From positions 13,684 to 77,683 of the forward strand of contig JACPSE010000006.1 in assembly GCA_016193465.1 (NCBI GenBank): DNA of 64,000 nucleotides, written 5' to 3'. This stretch comes from Deltaproteobacteria bacterium (lineage in GTDB: Bacteria > Desulfobacterota > Binatia > UBA9968). The notes under the pieces were generated by a model. The model was given only the letters and a program-made list of their open reading frames with translations. It ran no database searches and was not told where the DNA came from. This document shows, in pieces, positions 43,801-52,909 of this stretch (position 1 is its first letter; every line of letters starts with the position of its first letter). Made by a program: the position numbers and the translations under genes.

Positions 43801-45276
43801 ATGATCGAGGCAATGTTCTCCGGGCTGGTCCAAGTTTTCGAGTGGCCAACGTTCGGATTTATGTTAATGGGGATCGCAATTGGGTACGTAGTTGGGCTCT
43901 TGCCCGGTCTCGGTGGTTTGCCCAGTCTGGCGCTGATGCTACCCTTCACCTATACAATGGAGCCTATTGCTGCCATTGCATTGCTGCTTGGTGCGCAGGC
44001 AGTCTTTTCCACTACGGGGGACGTGACCTCGGTCCTGTTTGGTGTGCCCGGCGAGGCTGCCTCTGCTGCGGTCATCCTGGATGGCCACGCCATGGCTAAA
44101 AAGGGGGAGGCTGGGCGTGCTCTGGGAGCGGCCCTTTTCAGTTCCCTGGTCGGCGCAGTGTTTGGCGCACTGGTACTTGCCGCTTCCATTCCCATCGTGC
44201 AGCCCCTTGTCCTTTCATTGGGGACACCCGAGCTCTTTATGCTGGCTGTCCTTGGGATCACATTCATCGCTTCGGTCAGCGGCCGGTCCGTCATTAAAGG
44301 GATCGTTATGGGAGGATTGGGCCTTTTGCTCTCTACCGTCGGAATGGACCCCCAGCAAGGTGTACTTCGCTACACCTTCGGCCAACCTTACCTGCATAGC
44401 GGGTTGTCTCTAGCAGTGATCGCGGTGGGGCTCTTTGCCATCCCGGAGCTTCTTGAACTCGGCGTTAGGCGTTCAAGTATTGCCAAGCCGGGTTTCGGGA
44501 AGACGAGCGGTGCCCTAGAGGGCATCAAGGACACGCTCCGGCATTGGGGACTCGTTCTTCGTTGTAGTGCCATAGGGGCACTGATTGGGATTTTACCCGG
44601 CTTGGGATCCGGCGTCGGGCAATGGCTTGCATACGGTCACGCCGTGCAGAGTTCCCCCAACAAAGAGAGATTCGGCACCGGTGCTGTTGAGGGGATACTG
44701 GGGCCCGGTGCTGCCAACAATTCAACCACAGGCGGCTCACTGCTTCTTACGATCTCCTTTGGAGTTCCAGGTGGCTCGCATATGGCTCTGCTCCTTGGAG
44801 CGTTTCTTATACTCGGACTGGTCCCTGGCCGCGATATGCTCTCCACGCACCTGGATCTTACCTTTTCCATGGTTTGGGTGATAGTGATCGCCAACATTAT
44901 CACTGTTGGCCTGAGCCTTCTCTTTATTGATCAACTCGCCAGGATCACGTTTGTCAAGAGCACTCTTCTGATTCCGTTCATTCTTCTTCTGATCTACCTG
45001 GGTGGCTTCGCCACGCATAACATGATTGCTGATCTGGTTGCCGTTGTCGTGTTTGGCATTTTAGGAACGCTGATGGTCTGGCTGGACTGGCCGAGACCTC
45101 CCCTGATCTTGGGGCTGGTACTCGGAGACCTGGCGGAAAGGTATTTTCATATCTGCATCGCCCGATACGGGTGGACATGGCTACTACGTCCAGGCGTCAT
45201 CATTATTATTATTCTAATTATTGTAGCGCTTCTCTATCCCTTATGGCACCGGCGATGGGGTCCGGCTAGCACCTGA
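43801..45276 (+). CDS. Tripartite tricarboxylate transporter large permease (TctA)
   Basis: GLLPGLGG, GVPG, DGHAMAK.G.AGRAL, AANN and RPPLILGLVLG motifs. Confidence 0.94.
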   Translation: MIEAMFSGLVQVFEWPTFGFMLMGIAIGYVVGLLPGLGGLPSLALMLPFTYTMEPIAAIALLLGAQAVFSTTGDVTSVLFGVPGEAASAAVILDGHAMAKKGEAGRALGAALFSSLVGAVFGALVLAASIPIVQPLVLSLGTPELFMLAVLGITFIASVSGRSVIKGIVMGGLGLLLSTVGMDPQQGVLRYTFGQPYLHSGLSLAVIAVGLFAIPELLELGVRRSSIAKPGFGKTSGALEGIKDTLRHWGLVLRCSAIGALIGILPGLGSGVGQWLAYGHAVQSSPNKERFGTGAVEGILGPGAANNSTTGGSLLLTISFGVPGGSHMALLLGAFLILGLVPGRDMLSTHLDLTFSMVWVIVIANIITVGLSLLFIDQLARITFVKSTLLIPFILLLIYLGGFATHNMIADLVAVVVFGILGTLMVWLDWPRPPLILGLVLGDLAERYFHICIARYGWTWLLRPGVIIIIILIIVALLYPLWHRRWGPAST

Positions 45277-45327
45277 GGTGCTTCCTGTGAAAGACTGAAT
45301 AAATAGTCTCAGCGAGATTTTTTTGTT

Positions 45328-45807
45328 ATGAAGCGCAAGCTGGAGCTGGGGTTTAGCGCGTTCCTGATCGCAACGTTTGGGTTTGCCGTACTGAATGCTC
45401 GAGAGTGGCCATTCTGGACACGGCTGTTCCCTTTAGTCATCGCCATTCCCTCATTTGCTCTGGCCCTGCTCCATTTGGTTCTGGATGTACGCGTGACTAG
45501 AAAGAATAGTAGCGCCCTGAGCGGCATCGAAGAAGCAGCCGCTGAACTGCCCATAGCAGAGGCGCGGCGGCGGGTTTTCTCTATGGTCACCTGGATCCTT
45601 TGCTTCTTTCTGGCCATCTGGCTTTTAGGATTCGCTATTGGCGTTTCGCTGTGCACGTTCCTCTATTTGAAGTTAGAGGCAAAAGAGAGTTGGTGGCTTG
45701 CTCTTTTCCTCGGTGCGGCGGCATGGGGCTTCGTCTTCGGTTTATTCGATTGGGCCCTACATGTGCCTTTCCCGGAAGGGCAGCTCTTTCAGTGGGTCGC
45801 TTTTTGA
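45328..45807 (+). CDS. Tripartite tricarboxylate transporter small subunit (TctB)
   Basis: Four TM segments, FP.VI motif and C-terminal LHVPFPEG. Confidence 0.88.
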   Translation: MKRKLELGFSAFLIATFGFAVLNAREWPFWTRLFPLVIAIPSFALALLHLVLDVRVTRKNSSALSGIEEAAAELPIAEARRRVFSMVTWILCFFLAIWLLGFAIGVSLCTFLYLKLEAKESWWLALFLGAAAWGFVFGLFDWALHVPFPEGQLFQWVAF

Positions 45808-45842
45808 TCGTATGAGGTTTATAAGAGAAAGGAGGGCTTAAA

Positions 45843-47009
45843 ATGCTTCTGCTCACGAATCAGGATGTTTTGCAAGTTTTGACGATGGAGAAATGCCTGG
45901 AGGCAGTGGAGGAGAGCACTAGGAGAATAGGCCGGGGTCAACTCGTCAAGTGGAACGCCGGGCGCGTTCTAGAGGAAAAAGGTGGCTTTGGAGGAGGCGC
46001 CTTGTTATATACCCTTCGCTTGCGCCCCATGTTCGACTTGGTGGACAGTGTTGCAATACTTCGCTTAAACTCTTGGGCGAATGTAGCGGTTGATATGTAC
46101 GGAAAGACACGTCACGTGATAGCCCCAATTGCTGGCGAGAGGAATCCTCATAACAGCGAAAAGTCCGGTTGGCTGCATTTATACGACATGGGAACGGGCA
46201 GGCTCCTAGCCATCGTACAGGACCGCGATATCCAGGTCATGCGTGTGGGCTCAGTGGGCGGTCTGTGTGCCAAGTATATGGCAAGGTCTAATGCTCGGAC
46301 TATCGGACTTATTGGAGCGGGCTGGATGGCAAGAACGCTGCTTCTGGCACACTGCTTGGTGAGGGATATTAAATCGGTGAAAGTTTTTAGTCCGAACCCG
46401 AATAACCGCTCCAAATTTTGTGAGCAGATGAAGATGCAGCTTAAGATGGAAGTGGCACCGGTTTCTTCAGCCCAAGAGGCGGTTCGAGGGGCGGACATTG
46501 TAATCTCTGGGACGAACTCTGCCGAGCCGACGTTCGATCCTGAGTGGATAGAGCAGGGGATGCATGTATACTGCGTCACAGGGGCGGAGTACGACGAACG
46601 GATGGTTAAAAAAGCGGATCTGATCGCTTGGACTTACCCGGAGTCATCTCAGTATGATTATGGCGGAGATGAAACGGAGATCACAGGGGATCCTCAAGAA
46701 GAAAAGCTAGCTGCTCGAAAGCGCGGCTATTCTGGCTATCGCACCGCCGGGTGGAAATTACTCGAGAAGTATGCCAGCGCGCGGGTTTACCTGACGGATA
46801 TAATAGAAGGGCGGGCTAAAGGGCGCAACGACGAGAAGCAGATCACTTTCAGTCCCTCACCTGCGGGGGCTAGCTCGTTGGTCATACGGTTCGCGGTCTT
46901 ACTCCCGAGGTTATATGAGGAAGCGAAGCGGAGGGGGATTGGCCATGACCTGCCGGACGAGTGGTTTCACCAAGAGGAGGAAACGTATCCAACGTATCAG
47001 TTTAGATAA
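45843..47009 (+). CDS. Ornithine cyclodeaminase/mu-crystallin family protein (copy 2)
   Basis: Clear paralog of 41499-42647; shares RVG.VGG..AKYMARS and the C-terminal GHDLPD.WF. Confidence 0.85.
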   Translation: MLLLTNQDVLQVLTMEKCLEAVEESTRRIGRGQLVKWNAGRVLEEKGGFGGGALLYTLRLRPMFDLVDSVAILRLNSWANVAVDMYGKTRHVIAPIAGERNPHNSEKSGWLHLYDMGTGRLLAIVQDRDIQVMRVGSVGGLCAKYMARSNARTIGLIGAGWMARTLLLAHCLVRDIKSVKVFSPNPNNRSKFCEQMKMQLKMEVAPVSSAQEAVRGADIVISGTNSAEPTFDPEWIEQGMHVYCVTGAEYDERMVKKADLIAWTYPESSQYDYGGDETEITGDPQEEKLAARKRGYSGYRTAGWKLLEKYASARVYLTDIIEGRAKGRNDEKQITFSPSPAGASSLVIRFAVLLPRLYEEAKRRGIGHDLPDEWFHQEEETYPTYQFR

Positions 47010-47099
47010 CCGCCTTTGATCTCCTTAGACCCAGCAGAGGTCATAGGGGCTGAGAGCTATTGTGTTGGGATAAGCCAAGCTGTCCAGAGGAGAAAAAAA

Positions 47100-48182
47100 A
47101 TGAAGACACGACCACCCCGCTCTTTGTTAAGTCTCGCTGCTATCTGCTGCATGGAATTATTTTTTTGGGCCCAATCCTCATCTGCGCAATCTGCTCAGGA
47201 GATACTGGCGCAGATCAGCCGGCTAGCCCCTCAGGAGCGAACCCAGAAGCTCATCGAAGGGGCTCGGAAAGAAGGGCAGATGGTGTGGTATACCACTACC
47301 AACATCGACCAGGGCGCCAAGATTCTCAAGACATATCAAGCAAAATATCCTTTTATTCAAGATAAACAGTACCGCGCCAGTAACGAGAAGCTAGGTCAAA
47401 GAATAATCCAGGAGGCTCGGGCGGGAAAGTTAGAGGCGGATGTGATTGCCATCGGGATTCCAGAAGGCCCGATACTAAAGAACAGGAACATTTTTTTAAA
47501 GTATTCCTCGCCTGAGGCGAACGCATATGCGGACTTTGCCAAGGACCCTGACGGGTACTGGATGATGTGGCAGATGATTCCTATTGTGTTGGGCTATAAT
47601 ACCAAGCTAGTTCACCAGGGTGAGGTCCCCCGTACTTATGAAGACCTTTTGAAGCCAAGGTGGAAGAAAAATATAGCTATTGATTCACAACCTTACGGCT
47701 GGTTTGTGGGCGCCCTGAAGGTTCTTGAAAAAAAGCTCGGTAGTCAAGAAAAGGCGATCGCCTATTTCGAAAAGTTAGCCCAACAGGAGCCTCAATATCG
47801 GTCAGGGCACACGCTGCTCAATCAGCTCCTCGCAGCGGGAGAATTTGAACTAGGGCCCGAATTGCGAGCCCATACCTTAGAGCGTCTAAAGCAAACCGGA
47901 GCCCCTGTGGATTGGGCTGTTTTAGATAACATGATTATAATCCAACCCCATTATTTGGCGATCAGCACCCAAACCGCCAGGCCATACTCTGCGGCGCTAT
48001 TTTTCGACTTCATCCTCTCCAGGGAAGGTACCAACGTCCTTCGAGAGGTCCGGATGGTTCCTACCAGATCTGATATGTCGACAGAATATCTAAGGGGATA
48101 CAATGTTACGCCTGTGGATTCCTATGGGGAGAGAGAGGTTAAGCTATTTAGGGATTTGATGCTTAAGGGTCAGAGTAGATAA
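47100..48182 (+). CDS. ABC transporter extracellular solute-binding protein
   Basis: Signal peptide; LIEGARKEG, QRIIQEARAG and YNTKLV...PRTYEDLL motifs. Confidence 0.92.
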   Translation: MKTRPPRSLLSLAAICCMELFFWAQSSSAQSAQEILAQISRLAPQERTQKLIEGARKEGQMVWYTTTNIDQGAKILKTYQAKYPFIQDKQYRASNEKLGQRIIQEARAGKLEADVIAIGIPEGPILKNRNIFLKYSSPEANAYADFAKDPDGYWMMWQMIPIVLGYNTKLVHQGEVPRTYEDLLKPRWKKNIAIDSQPYGWFVGALKVLEKKLGSQEKAIAYFEKLAQQEPQYRSGHTLLNQLLAAGEFELGPELRAHTLERLKQTGAPVDWAVLDNMIIIQPHYLAISTQTARPYSAALFFDFILSREGTNVLREVRMVPTRSDMSTEYLRGYNVTPVDSYGEREVKLFRDLMLKGQSR

Positions 48183-48300
48183 GCGTGAAGCTCTGGTTAA
48201 AGGAGTAACAAATTTCCGGCTTCTTCTGGAGTCAGAGAAACTCCATTGCGACGTAAGCCGGCCGGTCTACTTCTCTCGCAGGGTGACACCTGAAAAGAGA
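48181..48300 (+). pseudogene. Internal fragment of a NUDIX hydrolase paralogous to 51063-51794
   Basis: KREALVKGVTNFRLLLESEKLHCDVSRPVYFSRRVTPEKR vs KRESLVEGNIDFRSLLESEGLYCDLRRPVYFSHRVTPEQR (28/40 aa identical). Confidence 0.85.
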
Positions 48301-48354
48301 GGGAAAAGGGGGACATTGTACTTTTCGGATGTTGGGTCGAATTTCAAAGAGGGG

Positions 48355-48497
48355 TCTTTCCACGTGACCCACAGCATGAGCTCGGGGCGCTGTCTATCTC
48401 CCCGCGGCCATAAAGGCTGATGCCACTGATTGATCACCAGACAATATTCGGCAACGCGGATGCCAGGCTCGCCCAGCCGATCCCGGCAGCTTGACAA
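48355..48497 (-). mobile_element. Degenerate fragment of a REP-associated/IS200-like HUH (Y1) transposase
   Basis: GIRVAEYCLVINQWHQPLWPR...ELMLWVT resembles the IRxLAYCLMPNHWHLVLWP...FMxWLT consensus, with the HxH motif eroded. Confidence 0.55.
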
Positions 48498-48613
48498 TCT
48501 TCAATTTAGTCCCGTAAAGTTTGTGATTGCGAATTCAGTGTCAGACTTGACAGACAGGAAAGTTATTCTACGTGGTGCGGTTCCGTGCCAGGAATCATTC
48601 CATTTCACAGTCT

Positions 48614-48850
48614 CTACCTTACCATCTCCGTCATCTTTTCGGCAAGGCCAATAGCCTCCACAGCATCTTTTTCGGTGTAGGTTTTGCACGGCGGGGCTTG
48701 CCAGGGCATCAGGATAGCGCGTGGGAATATAATAGCGATCCAGAAATTTTGCGCCCTCGTTGAGCCAGTCACGAAAACGTTTCTCCGTCTGTTTGATAAC
48801 AACTACATCTACATTGCTCTGCTCGAGGTGGCTTCGTGTACTGAACTATC
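48614..48850 (-). pseudogene. Chimeric MNT/HEPN toxin-antitoxin remnant
   Basis: EQSNVDVVVIKQTEKRFRDWLNEGAKFLD (MNT-like) continues in frame into RYYIPTRYPDAL (HEPN Rx motif), then a frameshift precedes KTYTEKDAVEAIGLAEKMTEMVR*. Confidence 0.8.
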
Positions 48851-48859
48851 AGCAGCGAG

Positions 48860-49303
48860 TCAAGAAGTCTGCAAATGATGGCTAGGCCGGCTTAGAATCT
48901 GAGCCACAGACCCGTAGGCAGTACCTTCTAGCCCTTCGAGACTGTGCTCGATGTCTTCTGACCTTCCAAGCTTACTTGTCCATCTTCCGTTTGCCAGTTG
49001 TCTCGCAGCGTGAGTTGGCCTACCTTGTGCGTTGACGTAGATCGCGATCTTTTCGAATCCCGCCTCCAAGGCAGCGGTGTCAGAGGGAGTGTAGCCAAGG
49101 CTTAGGAATGCTTGGAGATATGCCTCCAGTGTGAACTCACGGGGTGAAGTTTCTGGCCAATAATAGAGTCCTTGTGGATCGGGCTCCCACCACCGGCTGT
49201 CTTCCGTTGCAGCCCAACCAATACAGTTATAATCAGGACTAGCAGGGCTAGTAACTTGGTATCCAGTGGTTTTCAGGTGTGGAAACCATTCCTCGAGCGG
49301 CAT
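48860..49303 (-). CDS. Hypothetical protein with a putative Cys-His catalytic pair (DUF7689-like)
   Basis: TSPASPDYNCIGWA...WWEP...YYWP...KIAIY...THAARQ...WTSKLG..EDIEH. Family assignment from memory of the motif; needs an HMM check. Confidence 0.75.
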   Translation of the reverse strand: MPLEEWFPHLKTTGYQVTSPASPDYNCIGWAATEDSRWWEPDPQGLYYWPETSPREFTLEAYLQAFLSLGYTPSDTAALEAGFEKIAIYVNAQGRPTHAARQLANGRWTSKLGRSEDIEHSLEGLEGTAYGSVAQILSRPSHHLQTS

Positions 49304-49312
49304 GTTCAGGAT

Positions 49313-49765
49313 TTACAAGTGGCCTTCTTCTTTTCCCCAACGCAGCCACGCCTCTACCATTTTTCTAATCTTGCCCCGCTCCGATGGCTTTACTGGGTCT
49401 ATCCCAGTAATGGCTTTCAACGCCCAGAACCAGTGATCTGGTTTGTTTTCAAGCTCACGGAGTATGAGCGGGATAGCAGCAGGCCCCATTCCAATAATCT
49501 GCTGGTACGCGGGATGCATAGCCATTTCGGTAACAGAAGATGATGCTTGCGTTTCATTCCTCCACGTATCTACAAGGCCCCGGAATTTTTGTGCGGGCGT
49601 TTCCCTGCTAACAGGGAAAAGAGAGTGATTGGTTGTTTCAAACCATCGAAATACGATAACGTTGGACTCTTCACTTAGGCCTTCGGTATTCACGTCTAGC
49701 AAATATGCCCGTGGGGTATACTGCCTCCTCAGGGGCGACGCAAGGTCGGTATGAGCTAAGTTCAT
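49313..49765 (-). CDS. Hypothetical helical (HEAT-like) protein
   Basis: KF..L...WRNET...SS..EM.MHPAYQQIIGMGP.AIPLILREL...PDHWFWALKAITG.DPV; ATGA overlap with the upstream gene. Confidence 0.8.
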   Translation of the reverse strand: MNLAHTDLASPLRRQYTPRAYLLDVNTEGLSEESNVIVFRWFETTNHSLFPVSRETPAQKFRGLVDTWRNETQASSSVTEMAMHPAYQQIIGMGPAAIPLILRELENKPDHWFWALKAITGIDPVKPSERGKIRKMVEAWLRWGKEEGHL

Positions 49766-50553
49766 CGGAGGAAAAGCTCCTTCGTTTTATCTGTTATGCT
49801 TTTAAAAAAGATATTGTTCTTCAAATCTCGGAGATTTTCAAATACTTGCCACAACGCTCTATCTTTCACTTCGAACACCTTTAAGCAGAACACGTCAATG
49901 TCAAGTATCAAAGGAACTTTCGTAGAGTCTGCGCTAGGCTCCATGGCCTCCGTGATTATCGCCGTAGCAGGTATCTCCGGCTCCGGAATAACCAACTGCA
50001 TAAAGTACTTTACTGGCCCTTGAGGTAACGCGGCAGCTATTTCTGGCACAGTAAGGATATAGTCCTTGAAATCCCGCATCGGTAATGGAATCTCCATACG
50101 GTTGATATATCGCAGCGCTGTGCGCGTGATTTGTCTAGGCTGTGCCACCTCGACGTAGAGCTGCCAAAGGTCCCGTGCCTGGTCTCGAAAGGTTTCCCAT
50201 CTATCATAAGGCTTTAGTCTGTTGAATGTAAACCCATCCAGACGCGCCTGAACAATTTGCTTCCCGTCCGAGGAAGTAAATAGGTAGCCATCTGGCCCGC
50301 TGTGTGACTGAAGGACTTCAAGCTCACCTCCTCCAGCCAGCTTCAAGCCACCCCGCCATGACTGTCTCTCCCGTTTATTCGGATAGCGCGCTTTCACAGA
50401 ATTGTAGAAGGTTGCTAACTGAGCCAAATTTACGTCTTCAGGTAGTTGGACCCTAATGTCCAAAAGCGCTTCTGTGATTGGCGCATTTGGAAATGTTGTC
50501 CAGTCGGCCACGCTTACCTTTATAGTCGATTCTGAGTAGTCTAACAAGCTCAC
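49762..50553 (-). CDS. TIGR04255-like sporadically distributed protein
   Basis: FPNAPITEALLDIR...GYLFTSSDG..IVQ...DGFTFN.L.PY..WE.F...RTALRYINR...ILDIDVF pattern. Confidence 0.8.
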   Translation of the reverse strand: MSLLDYSESTIKVSVADWTTFPNAPITEALLDIRVQLPEDVNLAQLATFYNSVKARYPNKRERQSWRGGLKLAGGGELEVLQSHSGPDGYLFTSSDGKQIVQARLDGFTFNRLKPYDRWETFRDQARDLWQLYVEVAQPRQITRTALRYINRMEIPLPMRDFKDYILTVPEIAAALPQGPVKYFMQLVIPEPEIPATAIITEAMEPSADSTKVPLILDIDVFCLKVFEVKDRALWQVFENLRDLKNNIFFKSITDKTKELFLR

Positions 50554-50629
50554 TACCCAGGGTTCAGATCTTGAACTTTATGCTCCATTCCAGGGCAGTC
50601 TGCTCATACGCTGCAGGGCATCTTCTCTA

Positions 50630-50959
50630 TTAGCCTGGATAGATAACCCTCCCCTCAGTTACTACTTTTTCAATAAACGGATTTTCCCGCCGCCGCATCT
50701 CTTCAAACTCCTCTCTGGTATAGACAAACACGTCCACCTTTCCCAGGTCATTATCCAAAAATTTCGCGACCTCAAGGAGCCGATCAAGAAAGCGCGCCTG
50801 CGTCTGCTTGATGACTACTACATCCACATCGCTCTGCTCGTCAGCCTCCCCTCGGGCACACGAGCCAAAGATGATGATCTGTTCTGGATCGTAGCGCTTC
50901 AGGCAATCCACCACTTTTTGTACCTTATCCATCAAGCCGAAATATACCACCACATCCAA
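50630..50959 (-). CDS. Minimal nucleotidyltransferase (MNT) antitoxin-family protein
   Basis: IIIFGSCARGEADEQSDVDVVVI (GSx10DxD) and VDVFVYT.EE motifs. Confidence 0.93.
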   Translation of the reverse strand: MDVVVYFGLMDKVQKVVDCLKRYDPEQIIIFGSCARGEADEQSDVDVVVIKQTQARFLDRLLEVAKFLDNDLGKVDVFVYTREEFEEMRRRENPFIEKVVTEGRVIYPG

Positions 50960-51062
50960 TGATCTGCCAACGCCGCCGACTCTATTTCTATTGCACGTGC
51001 CGCCCTTGCTGTGCTCTCATAAAGGACCGTAGAGCGCTGGAGCGTATCTTTCAGTCCCCTAT

Positions 51063-51794
51063 ATGGAAGCTTCACTGCCCAAAAACGCCTCCACCATCAT
51101 CCTGGTTCGCCCTGAGGCGGGCGGCAAGTTCGAAGTTTTTCTGACCCGTCGCCCTCCTGACATGGATGTCCTCGCGGGCTTTTACGTTTTCCCAGGGGGC
51201 ACCGTGGAAGAAGAGGACTACTCGGAGGAGATGCTCAAGCGCTGCCGGGGGCTTTCGCGAACCGAGGCTCAGCAGATGCTCGGAGGGAAACTCAGTCCCG
51301 AACTTTCCGTGGGCCACTCGGTGGCGGCAGTTAGGGAGCTATTCGAAGAGACGGGGATCCTCTTGTCGGTCAGCGAAAATGGCGAACCCGTGGATACGAG
51401 AGAGGGGAAAATTAAGCACAGCCTAGCTGGCAAGCGTGAGTCTTTGGTTGAAGGAAACATCGACTTTCGGTCGCTTCTTGAGTCGGAAGGACTCTACTGC
51501 GACTTGCGTCGCCCAGTCTATTTCTCCCATCGCGTCACCCCTGAGCAGCGCGCCTTCCGATTCGACACCCGATTCTACCTCGCCCGTCTGCCGGAGCATC
51601 AAAGCCCGCTCGCATACTCGCAGGAGGTAACGGAAAGCCTTTGGTTGACGCCGGAGCAGGCGCTGCGACATGCCGAGGCGGACGGGTTTCCTATGATGCC
51701 GCCTACGCTCGTCGCCCTTCGGACCCTGGCGGCATTGGGTTCTTGGCAAAAGCTCCGCGAGCAATATCAACTGGAAACGCGCCAGGTTTTATAA
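51063..51794 (+). CDS. NUDIX hydrolase (NUDT19-like)
   Basis: ASTIILVR, VFPGG, AVRELFEETG, RFDTRFY and MMPPT motifs. Confidence 0.93.
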   Translation: MEASLPKNASTIILVRPEAGGKFEVFLTRRPPDMDVLAGFYVFPGGTVEEEDYSEEMLKRCRGLSRTEAQQMLGGKLSPELSVGHSVAAVRELFEETGILLSVSENGEPVDTREGKIKHSLAGKRESLVEGNIDFRSLLESEGLYCDLRRPVYFSHRVTPEQRAFRFDTRFYLARLPEHQSPLAYSQEVTESLWLTPEQALRHAEADGFPMMPPTLVALRTLAALGSWQKLREQYQLETRQVL

Positions 51795-52784
51795 GGAAAA
51801 GGGGTCTTGCTCGGAGGTGTCCGCTGTTTTAGCCTTTACCATTTCGGATCTCGGCCTTCTGCCGTCGCGGTGAAACCCGAGCCAATTCCACTGATCCGGG
51901 TAGCGCCGCACCATAGCTTCCAGATGGCGGGTGAAAAGGGAGGCATTAGCAGCTATATCCTGCTGGAGATCGCCGCTTTTGATGAGATCAATCTCCGCCC
52001 CGATGTGAAGCGTCAGACGATCCTCATGGTCGCGCGTAAGAAAGGCGGGGAGGACCGACGCGCCGGTTCGTAGCGCCAGGGTCACAGGGCCGCGAGGGGC
52101 AGGAGCGGTGCGGCCCAAAAACTCCACCGCTACTCCCCCGGATTTGAACTCGTCCGCGATGACAAGAATCACCTCATTTCGCCTTAAGGCTTTCAGGATC
52201 TGCCGCGCTGCTTCGCGCCGGGGCTTGGCCGAGATGGTTTTGACGCCGACCATAGCCCGGTAGTGGTCGACCAAACTCGCAAATCCCCGATCCTTGGGCT
52301 GTTTTACGACAGCACTGAAAGGGTAGCCCGCCGCTGCCAAGCGGGCGCCGATCATGGTGAAATTCCCCAAATGGGCGCTGAGCGCGATAACCCCTTTCTC
52401 CCTTTGCAGCGCCCGTCGCAAGCGCTCCTCGCCTTCCATAGCGACCCACGAGCATATCTCCTGCTTGGAGCTATACAGGGTGCAACTAGTCTCATAAACG
52501 CCCTGGGCGAAATTCCTCCACGCCCTCCAGACCACGGACTTTTGCTGCTCTGGCGTGCCGAACTCCCTGCCCATAGCCGTGGAGAGATTTTCTTCCATAC
52601 GTTTGCGATATTTCCACAGAAGGAGAAAAGTTAGTCTTGCGGCTGCCAGGGTAAAGAGCATAATCAAGCGGCGGGGAATCCACGGCAGGATCGCGACAAA
52701 TCCCCTCAGGCAATACTCGCCGATGCGGTATCGCAGCCAATAGAAAAACGCTTTTACCGGAAACCTCTTTTTCTTTTTAGCCAC
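51789..52784 (-). CDS. Lysophospholipid/lipid A acyltransferase (LpxL-like)
   Basis: KGVIALSAHLGNF, IAD, VEFLG, GP..LALRTGA and YPDQW.W motifs. Confidence 0.9.
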   Translation of the reverse strand: MAKKKKRFPVKAFFYWLRYRIGEYCLRGFVAILPWIPRRLIMLFTLAAARLTFLLLWKYRKRMEENLSTAMGREFGTPEQQKSVVWRAWRNFAQGVYETSCTLYSSKQEICSWVAMEGEERLRRALQREKGVIALSAHLGNFTMIGARLAAAGYPFSAVVKQPKDRGFASLVDHYRAMVGVKTISAKPRREAARQILKALRRNEVILVIADEFKSGGVAVEFLGRTAPAPRGPVTLALRTGASVLPAFLTRDHEDRLTLHIGAEIDLIKSGDLQQDIAANASLFTRHLEAMVRRYPDQWNWLGFHRDGRRPRSEMVKAKTADTSEQDPFSL

Positions 52785-52846
52785 GGCGCTCCATTTAGAA
52801 ACTTTTTATACACTCTTTCCGTCGAAATCGGCAAGGGGGCAGGGGC

Positions 52847-52885
52847 AAATAAAAGGGCGGTGGAAAAACATGCCCACCGCCCTTC
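52847..52885 (-). terminator. Rho-independent terminator ending the Fe-S operon
   Basis: Minus strand AAGGGCGGTGG-gcatgttttt-CCACCGCCCTT followed by TTATTT. Confidence 0.8.
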
Positions 52886-52909
52886 ACGCCGTACAAAATA
52901 GCAGCGAGA

